A DNA stretch of 64,000 nt, taken from the NCBI GenBank assembly GCA_033977065.1, contig JAXCHI010000003.1:512001-576000 (forward strand), given 5' to 3'. Position numbers and translations under genes: made by a program. Below the pieces are notes generated by a model. That model did not search any database. It was not told where the DNA came from and saw nothing but the letters and a program-made list of their open reading frames with translations. Origin of the DNA: Candidatus Algichlamydia australiensis (GTDB lineage Bacteria > Chlamydiota > Chlamydiia > Chlamydiales > JAJFMI01). How positions within the stretch are numbered: position 1 is the first letter of the stretch; the number at the start of each line of letters is the position of its first letter. Of this stretch, positions 26,912 to 37,205 are shown one piece after another.

Positions 26912-27865
26912 ATGAGAGCAAAGATTCTTCTATTTCTAGTTTTTTTTAGTACTTTTCTTCATGCTGAGGAGGAGCGCCCCTCTGTAGAGGATCGCTATCG
27001 GATAGCAATGGAGGCTCTTGGTAAGCAAGATTGGAAGACCTCTATCAAGCAAAATCGTCGCATCTTGGCCTATCACCGAGGTACAACTTTTGCTAAAGAA
27101 GCAGACTATTATCTTGCTGTAGCCTACCTTGCACAAGGTGAGTATATCCGCGCCGATCAATATCTTACGCGTTATATCACAACGCAAGAGAGCCCTACTT
27201 TCTTTGAAGAAGCCATAAGGAAAAAATTTGAAATTGCTAAGGCCTTTGATAATGGTGGAAAAAAACATCTTTTTCACGCAAAGCTCCTTCCCAAAATTCT
27301 GCCTGCGCGTGATGAAGCTCTGCGCCTCTATGATGAGGTAATCGCTTCTCTTCCGCGGGATGAAATTGCAGCGGAATCTCTCTATCGAAAGGGAGAATTG
27401 CTTCTCTTTTTTAAAAAATATAAAGAGAGCGTTGATGCTTTTCAGACATTGATCCGTCGTTTCCCGAAGCACGCCCGTGCACCTGATAGCTTTATGAGCA
27501 TAGCCAATGTCTACTTGAAGCAGTGTTCGGCTACTTTTCCCGATCCTGCCCATCTTGAACTGGCAGAAATTAACCTGCGTAAATTTCGCCGAGCGTTCCC
27601 AGGTGAGTCGCGTATTACGGAAACAGAAGGGTTAATTCTGCAAATGAAAGAGCGCTTTGCTAAAGAGCTTTTTGATGTGGGGCACTTCTACCAAAAGACA
27701 AAAAAAGTTGATTCGGCTGCCATCTACTACTCGACAATCATTGTACGTTATCCTGAAACGATGCAAGCAAAACATGCAGAAAAGCGATTGCGCAAACTAG
27801 GTCGTGAGATTCCTCAGCCTGGTACTGTTGCAATGCCTTCTAACAATGAGCAAGCTGCTTCTTAG
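26912..27865 (+). CDS. bamD: Outer membrane assembly factor BamD-like TPR protein
   Basis: Signal peptide from ATG 26912, TPR helices, ELFDVGHFYQK...AAIYYSTIIVRYPET; syntenic after dnaE. Confidence 0.75.
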   Translation: MRAKILLFLVFFSTFLHAEEERPSVEDRYRIAMEALGKQDWKTSIKQNRRILAYHRGTTFAKEADYYLAVAYLAQGEYIRADQYLTRYITTQESPTFFEEAIRKKFEIAKAFDNGGKKHLFHAKLLPKILPARDEALRLYDEVIASLPRDEIAAESLYRKGELLLFFKKYKESVDAFQTLIRRFPKHARAPDSFMSIANVYLKQCSATFPDPAHLELAEINLRKFRRAFPGESRITETEGLILQMKERFAKELFDVGHFYQKTKKVDSAAIYYSTIIVRYPETMQAKHAEKRLRKLGREIPQPGTVAMPSNNEQAAS

Positions 27866-28430
27866 CTTTTTTCTCTTCAGCTCTTGCGGCTATCACCTTG
27901 CTCAAAATACAAATCCCACAATTACAGTTCCCTACATAAAGGGAGATATTGATGGCAGGCTCACAACAGCACTTGCCTATTCGATTTCAGCAGAGACACC
28001 ACTACAATACCAAGTGAGTAGCGGGCGCTATCAGCTCATAGGAGAAATTTTGACAAGCTCTTATGAAAAGACGGGGTTTCAATATGATCGCGATGAGACA
28101 ACGGGTAAACGCATCAACCGTCTTAATCAAATTGAAGAGCGCAAAACCGTGGAACTGCGTGTTGAGCTTATCGACACCTTGACAGGCACGACACTCCTTG
28201 GTCCAGAAGTAGTGACATCTTCTACTGACTACGATTTTGTGGACTCTGACTCAATTCAAGATCTTTCGTTAACTTCCCAGACTGGCAGGCCTATCTCCGT
28301 ACTTCAATTTTCTATGGGACAGCTGGGAGCTTTTGAAGATGCGCGAGGGGAGGCTTCACACCCCATCTATCGGAAATTGGCTAAACGAATATCAAGTGCC
28401 ATTTTGATTCAAAATGCCGAAATGAATTAA
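27846..28430 (+). CDS. lptE: LptE-like lipoprotein
   Basis: Lipobox FSSC followed by GYHL; TITVPY; position after the bamD-like gene. Confidence 0.65.
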   Translation: MSKLLLSFFLFSSCGYHLAQNTNPTITVPYIKGDIDGRLTTALAYSISAETPLQYQVSSGRYQLIGEILTSSYEKTGFQYDRDETTGKRINRLNQIEERKTVELRVELIDTLTGTTLLGPEVVTSSTDYDFVDSDSIQDLSLTSQTGRPISVLQFSMGQLGAFEDARGEASHPIYRKLAKRISSAILIQNAEMN

Positions 28431-28439
28431 AAGAAAAAT

Positions 28440-28865
28440 GTGACACACTCTGTATCGCAGCAGTTTGCTGCAAAACTCGACCAGCTCTATCCAATGCTAG
28501 ATTTTGTGCGTGAAGCGATTGCGCAAATGGGTTTTGATGAAGCAGCAGCACAACGCTTTGAAATTGCTGTTGAAGAGGCGGTTGTGAACGTTATCCACCA
28601 CGCCTACCCAAAAAAAGAGGGGTATCTTGAACTGACTCTCAATCTTTTTCCGAAAAAAAAGATGCAAGTGGTTGTCAAAGATCAAGGGGTTCCCTTCAAC
28701 CCGCTTTTACAAAATCCTGAAATTGATCGTGATGCGCCGATAGAAAAGCGCCAACCTGGTGGTCTTGGTATTCCTTTTATGCATGAGTTTGTAGATAGCA
28801 TTCACTATGAGCGCGAAGATATCTACAATGTCTTGATTTTGGAAAAGCAGTTTCAATCCTTATGA
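28440..28865 (+). CDS. rsbW: Anti-sigma factor / serine kinase RsbW
   Basis: EIAVEEAVVNVIHHAY, VKDQGVPFNP, GGLGI. Confidence 0.92.
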   Translation: MTHSVSQQFAAKLDQLYPMLDFVREAIAQMGFDEAAAQRFEIAVEEAVVNVIHHAYPKKEGYLELTLNLFPKKKMQVVVKDQGVPFNPLLQNPEIDRDAPIEKRQPGGLGIPFMHEFVDSIHYEREDIYNVLILEKQFQSL

Positions 28866-29278
28866 ATAGAGGAGATTGCTTCTTCTGTATCAAGAACTTC
28901 CGATAGATAGTAGCGCAAGACCTTGAGTACAAACTTGGGCGTGTTGTAGATACCCGAAGTGGAAAAGACAATTTCGAGTTTGGGTTTTTCACCCGATAGC
29001 AAACTAATGAGTGTAAGAGTGGTGGGGAGTTCGTCGATGATTTTGGGAACGATCCAGATGGCAAACTCCTCATTGAAGAGCGTTACTTTCTCATCGGTTT
29101 CAATGACGTGAAATTGATGAGGGAACTCTTCACTATCTTCCTCATCCTCTTCAGCGTCAAGAAGGCCAAGATCGCGAAGAAGTTTTAGGTCAACGGAGAT
29201 GATGCCGTCCGGCACACACTTCGGGAATTCTTGCATAAACTTTGTAAATGTCTCTTCCAAAAGTGTAGGATCGCTCAT
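28853..29278 (-). CDS. Conserved chlamydial hypothetical protein (CT550-like)
   Basis: FHVIETDEKVTLFNEEFAIWIVP...FSTSGIYNTPKFVL; between rsbW and dac. Confidence 0.75.
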   Translation of the reverse strand: MSDPTLLEETFTKFMQEFPKCVPDGIISVDLKLLRDLGLLDAEEDEEDSEEFPHQFHVIETDEKVTLFNEEFAIWIVPKIIDELPTTLTLISLLSGEKPKLEIVFSTSGIYNTPKFVLKVLRYYLSEVLDTEEAISSIHKD

Positions 29279-29395
29279 GTTTCTCCAATTTTATGAGGGG
29301 TTTTTTGAAATGCAGACGCCCTCTGACCCCTGAATATCGATTGTATTTTTATTTTTAAAGAGAAAAATTCATTTTTTTTCGCTATAATGAATAAG

Positions 29396-30634
29396 ATGGG
29401 AAGAATTTTTCTTTTTCTAATCACGATTCGTCTCTTTTCTGCTCCACTGCAAGTTCCTGTTAATGCAAAAGCAGCAATTGTGATGAATGCAGAAACCGGA
29501 AGAGTCCTTTTTGAAAAAAAAGGGTACGAGCTTGCCTATCCGGCAAGTACAACAAAAATTGCGACACTCCTCTATGCCCTTATAAAAAAAGGGGATCAGC
29601 TTGAGCAGGAAGTGGAAGTAAAAAGCTATACGCTCTCCCGGATGAATCAGGAGATGAAGGAGGCGAGAAATTACCGCATTCCGCCCTATTGGTTGCAGCC
29701 TGATGGAACTTCCATTCATCTCCAGCGAGGAGAAAAAATCTCTTTTGAGGCGCTGCTCTACGGATTGATGCTGCACTCTGGTAATGATGCTGCTAACGTT
29801 ATTGCAGATTATGTCTCCGGAAGTATTTCAACTTTTACTCGCGATCTCAATCTCTATTTAAAAAAAATAGGTTGCACAAACACCCACTTTGCTAATCCTC
29901 ACGGTCTACACTTTCCTACCCACAAAACGACGGCCTACGATTTGGCAAAGATGGCATCCTGCGGACTAAAACACCCGACATTTAGAAAAGTTGTTTTAAG
30001 TAAGGGGTATAACTGCCCAAAAACCAACAAGTCCGATGTGCGCGAACTCGTGCAGAAAAATGAGCTGATTATGGATGGGCGTTTTCATTATGAAGGGGCA
30101 CTGGGAATTAAAAGAGGAACGCACTCAAAAGCGGGCTATTGCCTTGTTGCTGCCGCAAAATATGAGGGGCGGACACTTGTTGCTGTAGTTTTGGGATGCG
30201 ATGATAATAAATCGCGCTATCGCGATGTGATCGCACTTTTTGATACTGCTTTTGCAGAAAAAAAAGTATCGCGCAAACTCTATAACCGGGATGAAAACCT
30301 CTTTTCTAAACAGATGAAAAAACATCTCATAAAAGCGCGTTTAAAAGATGATGTCTCTCTCTCCTACTTTCCTGCTGAAGAGCCGGACATTCAAGTTAAG
30401 GTGAAATGGAAAGTGGATGCCCTTCCTGTCTATGTAGGGATGAAAGTAGGAGAATTGCAAATTAGAGACAATCAAAAGCACGTGATCACCACTTGTGATC
30501 TTCTATCTGAATCTGATATTGCTTCTCCTAAAAACCATTTGATTTGGTGCCTGATTTTCCTTCCTGCACCTATGGTTTTGCTTGTATGGCGCAAAATTCA
30601 TCGAAAACCCATTATCCCAAAACTTTGGAAATAA
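29396..30634 (+). CDS. dacC: D-alanyl-D-alanine carboxypeptidase, peptidase S11 (ORF track start 29387 overlaps a TATAAT box)
   Basis: PASTTK (SxxK), SGN (SxN), FANPHGL, KRG in place of KTG, C-terminal TM anchor. Confidence 0.9.
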   Translation: MGRIFLFLITIRLFSAPLQVPVNAKAAIVMNAETGRVLFEKKGYELAYPASTTKIATLLYALIKKGDQLEQEVEVKSYTLSRMNQEMKEARNYRIPPYWLQPDGTSIHLQRGEKISFEALLYGLMLHSGNDAANVIADYVSGSISTFTRDLNLYLKKIGCTNTHFANPHGLHFPTHKTTAYDLAKMASCGLKHPTFRKVVLSKGYNCPKTNKSDVRELVQKNELIMDGRFHYEGALGIKRGTHSKAGYCLVAAAKYEGRTLVAVVLGCDDNKSRYRDVIALFDTAFAEKKVSRKLYNRDENLFSKQMKKHLIKARLKDDVSLSYFPAEEPDIQVKVKWKVDALPVYVGMKVGELQIRDNQKHVITTCDLLSESDIASPKNHLIWCLIFLPAPMVLLVWRKIHRKPIIPKLWK

Positions 30635-30639
30635 ACAAT

Positions 30640-31085
30640 TTAGAAAAAACAGTAAAGGGTTTTTAGGGGCTCTTTCCTGTAGTTGGGATAATGAACCTAT
30701 CCAACTAAACATGCTTTTGCCTTTTTCCACATTTTTGGCTGGATTTTGAGCTATTTTTTCAAACAACTTAATTAAGTTGTTTTCAAAAAGATCCCAAAAT
30801 CCTTCTCAAAACTGAGAAAAAATTTCAAAAGCAGCTTTAGTTGGATAGGTTCATAGGGCCAAAACAGTCTGGAAAGTCGACTCTTTTGCGCCAATTGCTA
30901 AAGGGGTATGAATACGTCACATTTGATGATTCACAAAAAGTGCTTCTTTTCTCAGAAGATCCAGTTGGTTTTAGAGACTGTCATTGAGTTGCTAGGGGCG
31001 CAAGTGATTCAAACGCTCGATATATCTCATTATGCGAAGAACATTGGCATTTCTGTTTCTACAGTCAAAAGATGGATTTCTATAG
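30640..31085 (+). pseudogene. Remnant of an AAA_14/DUF4143-type ATP-binding protein, interrupted by a MITE and heavily deleted
   Basis: FPVVGI|IGPKQSGKSTLLRQLLKGYEYVTFDD...EDPVGF, then in another frame LDISHYAKNIGISVSTVKRWIS. Confidence 0.65.
30693..30852. mobile_element. 160-bp MITE with perfect terminal inverted repeats and an AT duplication
   Basis: GAACCTATCCAACTAAA...TTTAGTTGGATAGGTTC; central perfect palindrome AAACAACTTAATTAAGTTGTTT (30761-30782); AT on both flanks. Confidence 0.85.
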
Positions 31086-31111
31086 GTGAAATTGGGCAAA
31101 AACTCAAGTTT

Positions 31112-31909
31112 TTAAAGCGTTTTATATAGAAGTAGGAATTGATCAAGAGAGAGCTCTTCAGGGCGAGCGCCCGGATGGCTACCAATTTCCTCGAGAGTTT
31201 TTTCAATTTTAGGTTTTGGCGCGATGGCAGAGAGAGATCCGCGTAACATTTTGCGACGCTGTTGAAAAGCGGTATGAATGATTTTGAAGAGTTTTTCTTT
31301 ATCTACCTGTGGAGGTTCATGCAGATCCAAGCGGACAACGGAAGAGTCGACATTGGGTTTTGGGAAAAAACAGTTGCGCGAGACTTCAAATCGCGCAGTG
31401 ACTTCTGCGTAAAATTGAAGAAAGAGTGTCAGCGTGGAGTAATTTTTTGTACGAACTTTTCCACACATGCGGTCTGCAACCTCTTTTTGTACAACAACGG
31501 TTACAGAGTGAAAAAGTTCCTGGTGCGGCATTATTTTTCCCAAAATGGGGGAAGTAAGATGGTAGGGAAGATTTGCCACGATCTTAGCACCAGATTTTCC
31601 TTTAAGAAGTTGCGCGAAATCTACGGTTAAAATATCGCTCTCAATAACTTCTAAGTTTCCATTATTTAGGCGGGGGAGCTCTTTGGCAAAGCGGCTGTCA
31701 ATCTCAATCGCAATTACTTGCGCGCCTGTTTCCAGGAGAGCTTCTGTAATGATACCTGGACCGGCTCCAATCTCCACAACGAGGTCATTTGAGCTGACCT
31801 CAGCTGTTTTGAGAATTTTTCTTAGAATATTGGGGTCGGTTAAAAAATTTTGTGACAACCCTTTCCGGGGAGAGTAACCGCCCTCTTCTAAGAACTCAAA
31901 GAGCTTCAC
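31112..31909 (-). CDS. rsmA: 16S rRNA m6,2A dimethyltransferase
   Basis: KGLSQNFL, VEIGAGPG, VANLPY, QKEVADR, FPKPNVDS, FQQRRKML. Confidence 0.97.
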   Translation of the reverse strand: MKLFEFLEEGGYSPRKGLSQNFLTDPNILRKILKTAEVSSNDLVVEIGAGPGIITEALLETGAQVIAIEIDSRFAKELPRLNNGNLEVIESDILTVDFAQLLKGKSGAKIVANLPYHLTSPILGKIMPHQELFHSVTVVVQKEVADRMCGKVRTKNYSTLTLFLQFYAEVTARFEVSRNCFFPKPNVDSSVVRLDLHEPPQVDKEKLFKIIHTAFQQRRKMLRGSLSAIAPKPKIEKTLEEIGSHPGARPEELSLDQFLLLYKTL

Positions 31910-32958
31910 TGCATAATGAAGGGTTGGTAGTTCTCAGGAATATTTTGTTCGATCTCTTCGGAAGTAAAGTTATATTTTTTACGCAATGTTGTGGTAAAAT
32001 TATTTTGATGCACGTCTAACCGCTCGCGTAGAAGAGCGCTTTTGATCTCTTCCTCTTTTTCTTTAAAAGCGACGGCCTGTTTTTCTACATGATCCTTCAA
32101 GTGAAAAAGGCGCCAAACTCCTTTAGGATTAGCTCGTGACTTCTGATTTTCAGGTAGGCTTACTTCTCCGACATCAAGGGCGGCAAGAACTTGCTTGTGC
32201 ATCGGTGAGAGTTTTGTGCTCTCTACAACATAATCGTTTCCAACGCGAATCTTTACGCCTTCAAACTCCTCTCTTACTTTTTCAGCCGCCTCGCTTAGGC
32301 CGGTTAGGCCGGCGGAGAGAAGAGAAGAGGCGCGTTTTGCTGCTTCTTCGCACAGTTTCTCATCGCTGCCAGATACAGAAAGAACTTGATAAGTGTAGAG
32401 GTCGGAGTTAGGGTTTTTTTCTTTAATAATAGCATAGCTATCTTTAATTTTTTGTGGGCCGACGTCTTGCAACGCTTTTGAGTGGACAAAGTAGCCGGTG
32501 AGCTTGCCAACAACCAGCTGCTCGTGAATATGCTCTTTTGCCTCTTCATAAGTGAGGTGGAGTTTGTCAAGATTTGCCATGATATTGGGGCCAAAGCGCT
32601 CTTCCATCTCCTCACGCACCTCGCCGTCGCTCACTTCCATCTTTTTTTCTTCAGCTTCTTTTAAGATGAACTGGTTGTTGACCATTTCATCTAAGGTCAC
32701 GCGCCAATTGCCCATGTAATACTGGTAGAGAGAGGCTTTAGAGTCAAAAGCTGCAGGCCAGTAGCGGTGGAGGAAGAGATCCATACGCTTGACAACGTCC
32801 ATTAAAGAAAAAGTTTTATCAAAAACTTTTACCAACGGACGATTGTTAATGATGATGTGCTGCTCTTCTGCTTTGGGTAGAAAAGAAGAGTAGGGGGCCT
32901 CCTCCTCAGCCATGAGGGGAAAGGCTAAAACTAGGATAGGGAGAAATCGTTTCAACAT
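31906..32958 (-). CDS. SurA/PrsA-like periplasmic chaperone
   Basis: Signal peptide, SurA-N-like helices (EAEEKKMEVSDGEVREEMEERFG), degenerate parvulin segment; coupled to rsmA. Confidence 0.65.
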   Translation of the reverse strand: MLKRFLPILVLAFPLMAEEEAPYSSFLPKAEEQHIIINNRPLVKVFDKTFSLMDVVKRMDLFLHRYWPAAFDSKASLYQYYMGNWRVTLDEMVNNQFILKEAEEKKMEVSDGEVREEMEERFGPNIMANLDKLHLTYEEAKEHIHEQLVVGKLTGYFVHSKALQDVGPQKIKDSYAIIKEKNPNSDLYTYQVLSVSGSDEKLCEEAAKRASSLLSAGLTGLSEAAEKVREEFEGVKIRVGNDYVVESTKLSPMHKQVLAALDVGEVSLPENQKSRANPKGVWRLFHLKDHVEKQAVAFKEKEEEIKSALLRERLDVHQNNFTTTLRKKYNFTSEEIEQNIPENYQPFIMQ

Positions 32959-33015
32959 ATGATAGAATTTTATGTGGTCTCGTGATAATTTAAAAGGAAA
33001 AAACCACTATCAAAA

Positions 33016-33495
33016 TTGTTTTTTAGACGTTTCGTTGGGGCTATTGGCCGAATTTTAATCAGTGTTGTCTTCATCATCTCAGCCCTAAATAAAGTATTTA
33101 ATTGGGATGAGGTTCTTGAAGGGGTGATCACAAACCTTAATGAGTGGCTCTTTTATGGTGTCTACTATCCCTGGTTGGACCAAGCCTTAGAATTAATGAT
33201 GGATTTTGCTCCACCAATTTTAGCTGTTGTAACAGCGCTTGAGCTAGTAGGAGGCATTTCGCTTCTCCTTGGAATTCGCCCTCGAGTTGGGGCCGGTCTC
33301 ATTATTTTATTTTTGATTCCAACAACGTTTTTCTACCATCCCTTCTGGTTTTTTTATGGAGATGAGCGAGAAGTGCAGCTCATGATGTTTTTAAAAAATT
33401 GTGCAATCATTGGGGGATTGCTTCACGTCACCTCCATTGGCCGTGTGATCAAAAAGTCAGAAATTCTTGATGCGATATCTCGGTCTAATAGTTAG
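33016..33495 (+). CDS. DoxX family membrane protein
   Basis: GRILISVVFIISALNK, ELVGGISLLLG, LIPTTFFYHPFW, FLKNCAIIGGLL. Confidence 0.88.
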   Translation: MFFRRFVGAIGRILISVVFIISALNKVFNWDEVLEGVITNLNEWLFYGVYYPWLDQALELMMDFAPPILAVVTALELVGGISLLLGIRPRVGAGLIILFLIPTTFFYHPFWFFYGDEREVQLMMFLKNCAIIGGLLHVTSIGRVIKKSEILDAISRSNS

Positions 33496-34951
33496 CTTTT
33501 TTCTTGTTGCGTTTGGGCAGCCCTACTTCAACAAAGGGCTTGCTGTTGTTGGCGCTCTACTTGGTTTTGGGATTTTCTTCCACGCGCTTTTGCAGTTCAA
33601 AAGGCGTTTTTTAGTCGCGTCGCTCTGGTTTACCGCGGTGCAGCTCATTGATCTAATCTGGTTTTGCACGCCAAAATATCATGGTCCAATGATCATTTTG
33701 GTGTGGGTTTTGATCTCTCTTTGGTTGGGAGTGCAGTTTGGCGCGATAAAGTGGTGTTTGCCAAACCAGGGCAAGCCGCAAGTAAAACACGCTCTTGCTG
33801 CGGCCTCTTTTTGCACGCTTACAGAGTTTGCGCGCTATTTTGTTTTTTGCGGGTTCGCCTTTAATCCTGCAGGTCTTCCTTGGACAGCGTCGCTCTACTC
33901 TCTGCAATGCGTCTCTTTTTTTGGAATATTGGGGTTTACATTTTGGACGATTTTTTTGGGAGTCATTTTTGCAGCGGGTAAACGTCACCTTTTTCTTGCA
34001 TCTGCTGCTCTCCCATTTCTACTTGGAGCGCTTCTCTATTACCCAAGGAAGAGAGGAGCAGAGAGGGAAAAGGAGAGTTTGAAAGCTCTTCTTGTACAGA
34101 CAGGGTTGAAACAGGAGCAGAAGATGCCGATGCCAGGCTTTTACTCCTCTTTTATTCCTCCGATTGAGCAGTGGCAACATTTGCTCTCTTTGATTCCAAA
34201 AGATCAGGAATTTGATTTGGTTGTTCTTCCCGAAGCGGCTTTTCCATATGGGGCGCATCAAGTCATTTTCCCCAATCAAGAGACAAATGGTGACTACGCA
34301 AGAGAGTTGAGAAGATTCTTAGGTGCTGATTTGCTCGTTGGTCTAGACGATTCAGATGAAAAAGGAAATCATAATGCAGCTTTCTTTTTTACCGAAAAAG
34401 AGAGAGAGCGTTATGAGAAGCGCGTGCTTGTCCCCCTTGGTGAGTACCTTCCTTTTGCGGGATTGCGGAAGCTCGCAGCAAAATATGGGCTCACACAATT
34501 TTTTACTGAAGGGAGAGAGGCAAAAGTTTTTTATGGCAGAGTTCCTCTCTCTCCAACAATTTGTTATGAAGAGTGCTATCCTCACCTTGTGCGTCAGGGC
34601 CGAAGAAAGGGGGCGGAGCTTTTTGTAAACATCACAAACGATGGGTTCTACCCAGACTCTATTTTGCCCAAGGTCCATTTTGCTCACGGCCTGGTGCGTA
34701 GCGTCGAAAATGGAGTGCCTGTTTTACGCTCGTGCAACACGGGTGTGACGGCAGCAGTTGATAGTCTAGGAAGAGTGCAAGGAAAAATAGAAGGAGAGTG
34801 GGAGAAGCGAGGACTTGTCACCCAAGTTCCCATGTTCACTTATCAAACTCTCTATTCGCGCTTCGGAGATTATCCTCTTCTGTTTTTTTCATTAATAATT
34901 TTGCTATTCTTGCAGTTAAACTCTAAACGAGATAAATTGGATCATTGCTAG
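33470..34951 (+). CDS. lnt: Apolipoprotein N-acyltransferase
   Basis: N-terminal TMs; VVLPEAA, YEKRVLVPLGEY, ICYEE, NITNDG, RSVENG. Confidence 0.93.
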   Translation: MRYLGLIVSFFLVAFGQPYFNKGLAVVGALLGFGIFFHALLQFKRRFLVASLWFTAVQLIDLIWFCTPKYHGPMIILVWVLISLWLGVQFGAIKWCLPNQGKPQVKHALAAASFCTLTEFARYFVFCGFAFNPAGLPWTASLYSLQCVSFFGILGFTFWTIFLGVIFAAGKRHLFLASAALPFLLGALLYYPRKRGAEREKESLKALLVQTGLKQEQKMPMPGFYSSFIPPIEQWQHLLSLIPKDQEFDLVVLPEAAFPYGAHQVIFPNQETNGDYARELRRFLGADLLVGLDDSDEKGNHNAAFFFTEKERERYEKRVLVPLGEYLPFAGLRKLAAKYGLTQFFTEGREAKVFYGRVPLSPTICYEECYPHLVRQGRRKGAELFVNITNDGFYPDSILPKVHFAHGLVRSVENGVPVLRSCNTGVTAAVDSLGRVQGKIEGEWEKRGLVTQVPMFTYQTLYSRFGDYPLLFFSLIILLFLQLNSKRDKLDHC

Positions 34952-34988
34952 TAATCGAGGTTTCTAGTACAAGGAAAATAACATAAAT

Positions 34989-35915
34989 TTGTATTTGGAG
35001 TCGTCTTTGTCGACCACAACATCCACATCTACGGCTTCTACAAAGACGCCAATCTCTTCTTCTGCAAAAAAGCAGAGAACTTTAAAAAACTACATCACCT
35101 TCGACGGAGTTGGCCTCTTCACAGGCTGCAAATCAGAAGTAACCTTTTGTCCTGCGCCTGCTGGAAGTGGAATCAACTTTATTCGAGTGGACCTACCGGG
35201 CAAGCCGGTTGTGCCAGCATCTGTTGAATATGTTTGCTCCACACCGCGCTGCACTATCTTAGGAAAAGATGATGTCATTGTGCAGAGTGTAGAGCATCTA
35301 ATGGCAGCACTTAAGGCATACGAGATTGACAACCTCAACATCGAGCTTAACGCGCCTGAAATTCCTGCAGGGGATGGGAGCTTTCAATATTTTCTTGAAA
35401 AGATCGAAAAGTGCGGTATTGCAATGCTCTCTGAGTCCAAGCAGATCTATCATCTATCTACACCAATTTTTTGGTCACGCGATGAAGTCCATTTAGTTGC
35501 TCTTCCCTCAGATGATTTTCGAATCAGTTACACTTTGAGTTATCCCAATTCAGAACTTTTAAAAGCGCAGTTTTTTACGACAGAGATCAACCCGGAAGCT
35601 TTTAAAAAGGAGATCGCTCCTTCTCGCACCTTCGCTCTTTATGAGGAGATTGTTCCGCTGATTGAGCAGGGAAATATTAAAGGGGGAACTCTTGAAAATG
35701 GAATCATTATTAAAGGCGATTCTGTTCTCAACCCTGAAGGGTATCGTTTTCCCAACGAACCAGTTCGCCATAAATTAGGAGATCTGGTTGGAGATATCTC
35801 CTTGACACAGCACACCATCTTGATGCACATTATAGCTCTGCGATCAGGTCATTCGTCCAATGTGGCATTGGCTAGAGAGCTTTTGGATCATATCAAGATG
35901 GAGTACTCCCTATGA
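34989..35915 (+). CDS. lpxC: UDP-3-O-acyl-GlcNAc deacetylase
   Basis: QRTLK, GVGLFTG, SVEHLMAAL, EIAPSRTF, RHKLGDLVGD. Confidence 0.96.
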   Translation: MYLESSLSTTTSTSTASTKTPISSSAKKQRTLKNYITFDGVGLFTGCKSEVTFCPAPAGSGINFIRVDLPGKPVVPASVEYVCSTPRCTILGKDDVIVQSVEHLMAALKAYEIDNLNIELNAPEIPAGDGSFQYFLEKIEKCGIAMLSESKQIYHLSTPIFWSRDEVHLVALPSDDFRISYTLSYPNSELLKAQFFTTEINPEAFKKEIAPSRTFALYEEIVPLIEQGNIKGGTLENGIIIKGDSVLNPEGYRFPNEPVRHKLGDLVGDISLTQHTILMHIIALRSGHSSNVALARELLDHIKMEYSL

Positions 35916-36358
35916 AAGAACCTCTCGATATAAAGAGGATCATGGAGGTTTTACCTCACCGTTACCCGTTTCTACTTGTGGATCGCATCAAAGAGATTGA
36001 TGTCGATGCAGGCACAATTGTCGGAGAGAAATGCGTCTCAATGAACGAACTTTTTTTCCAAGGTCATTTTCCCAATAATCCTGTGATGCCGGGTGTTCTC
36101 ATTATCGAAGCCTTAGCGCAAACCGGGGGAGTGCTCATTCACTATAAAGGCTATACTGAACATCTTGCACTTTTACTCAATGTGAATAATGCAAAATTTC
36201 GAAAGCCTGTAGTTCCAGGCGATCTGCTTACCCTCCACGCAGAAGAGGTGCATTTTAGTGCGCGTGCAGGAAAGATTTCAGCTAAAGCGATGGTTGGAGA
36301 GAGCGTGGCCGCGCAAGCGGAGATTGGCTTTGCACTGATTAAAAAGGAGCAAGAGTAG
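35912..36358 (+). CDS. fabZ: 3-hydroxyacyl-ACP dehydratase
   Basis: LPHRYPFLLVDR, FFQGHFP, MPGVLIIEALAQ. Confidence 0.98.
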   Translation: MKEPLDIKRIMEVLPHRYPFLLVDRIKEIDVDAGTIVGEKCVSMNELFFQGHFPNNPVMPGVLIIEALAQTGGVLIHYKGYTEHLALLLNVNNAKFRKPVVPGDLLTLHAEEVHFSARAGKISAKAMVGESVAAQAEIGFALIKKEQE

Positions 36359-36362
36359 AAGC

Positions 36363-37193
36363 ATGATTGATCCCACAGCAATTATTGAAAAGGGCGCAGA
36401 GCTTGCAGAAGGCGTCACTATCGAGCCTTATGCTGTGATCAAAAAAAATGTGAAGCTTGAAAAAGGCGTTACCATCCGTGCGCACGCTTATATTGATGGC
36501 CACACAACAATTGGAGAGAATACGGTTATCTATCCAAGTGCTTGCATTGGATTAAAAACCCAAGCGCGCAAGTTTGCAGGAGAGACAACTTACGTGAAAA
36601 TTGGTAAGAACTGTGAGATCCGCGAATTTGTTACTGTAAATGCCTCCTTTGATGAGGGATCAACAGTCACAATTGGAGATAATTGTCTCATTATGGCCTA
36701 CTGCCACATCGCGCATCATTGCACACTTGGTAACAATATCACGATGGCAAACAGCGCAATGCTTGCAGGACACGTCACGATTGAAGATCATGCGATTATT
36801 GGGGGAATGACTCCTGTGCACCAATTTTCACGCATAGGCGCCTATGCTATGGTAGGAGGATTTTCTCGCGTTTCTCACGACGTGCCTCCCTATACACTTG
36901 GATCGGGGATTCCCTATCGCTTAGGGGGCCTCAACATCATCGGATTGAAGCGCAACCAATTTTCTGTTGAGACGCGTCGCGCCCTTACCAAAGCTTTTCT
37001 TCTAACCTACCGCCGCGGGCTTACGCTTCCTGAAGCGATCGCCCAGATTGAAGAAGAGCAGCCATCCGATCCTCATGTTTTACACTGGCTTGATTTTTGC
37101 AAAACAACCAAGCGCGGCATCATTGGGTTGGAGGGAGTCACACGTATGCGTCCTGAAGACCTAGAGAATGACAAAGAACTCCTAGAAGTGTAA
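36363..37193 (+). CDS. lpxA: UDP-GlcNAc O-acyltransferase
   Basis: Hexapeptide repeats, IREFVTV, MAYCHIAHHC, LAGHV, VHQFSRIG. Confidence 0.97.
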   Translation: MIDPTAIIEKGAELAEGVTIEPYAVIKKNVKLEKGVTIRAHAYIDGHTTIGENTVIYPSACIGLKTQARKFAGETTYVKIGKNCEIREFVTVNASFDEGSTVTIGDNCLIMAYCHIAHHCTLGNNITMANSAMLAGHVTIEDHAIIGGMTPVHQFSRIGAYAMVGGFSRVSHDVPPYTLGSGIPYRLGGLNIIGLKRNQFSVETRRALTKAFLLTYRRGLTLPEAIAQIEEEQPSDPHVLHWLDFCKTTKRGIIGLEGVTRMRPEDLENDKELLEV

Positions 37194-37205
37194 AATAGAG
37201 CGCTT

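Noticed and set aside
30503..30766. 87-aa minus-strand ORF and 73-aa ORF 30908..31129 as intact genes
   Set aside because: The first derives from the MITE and dac antisense; the second is partly a fragment of the decayed ATPase
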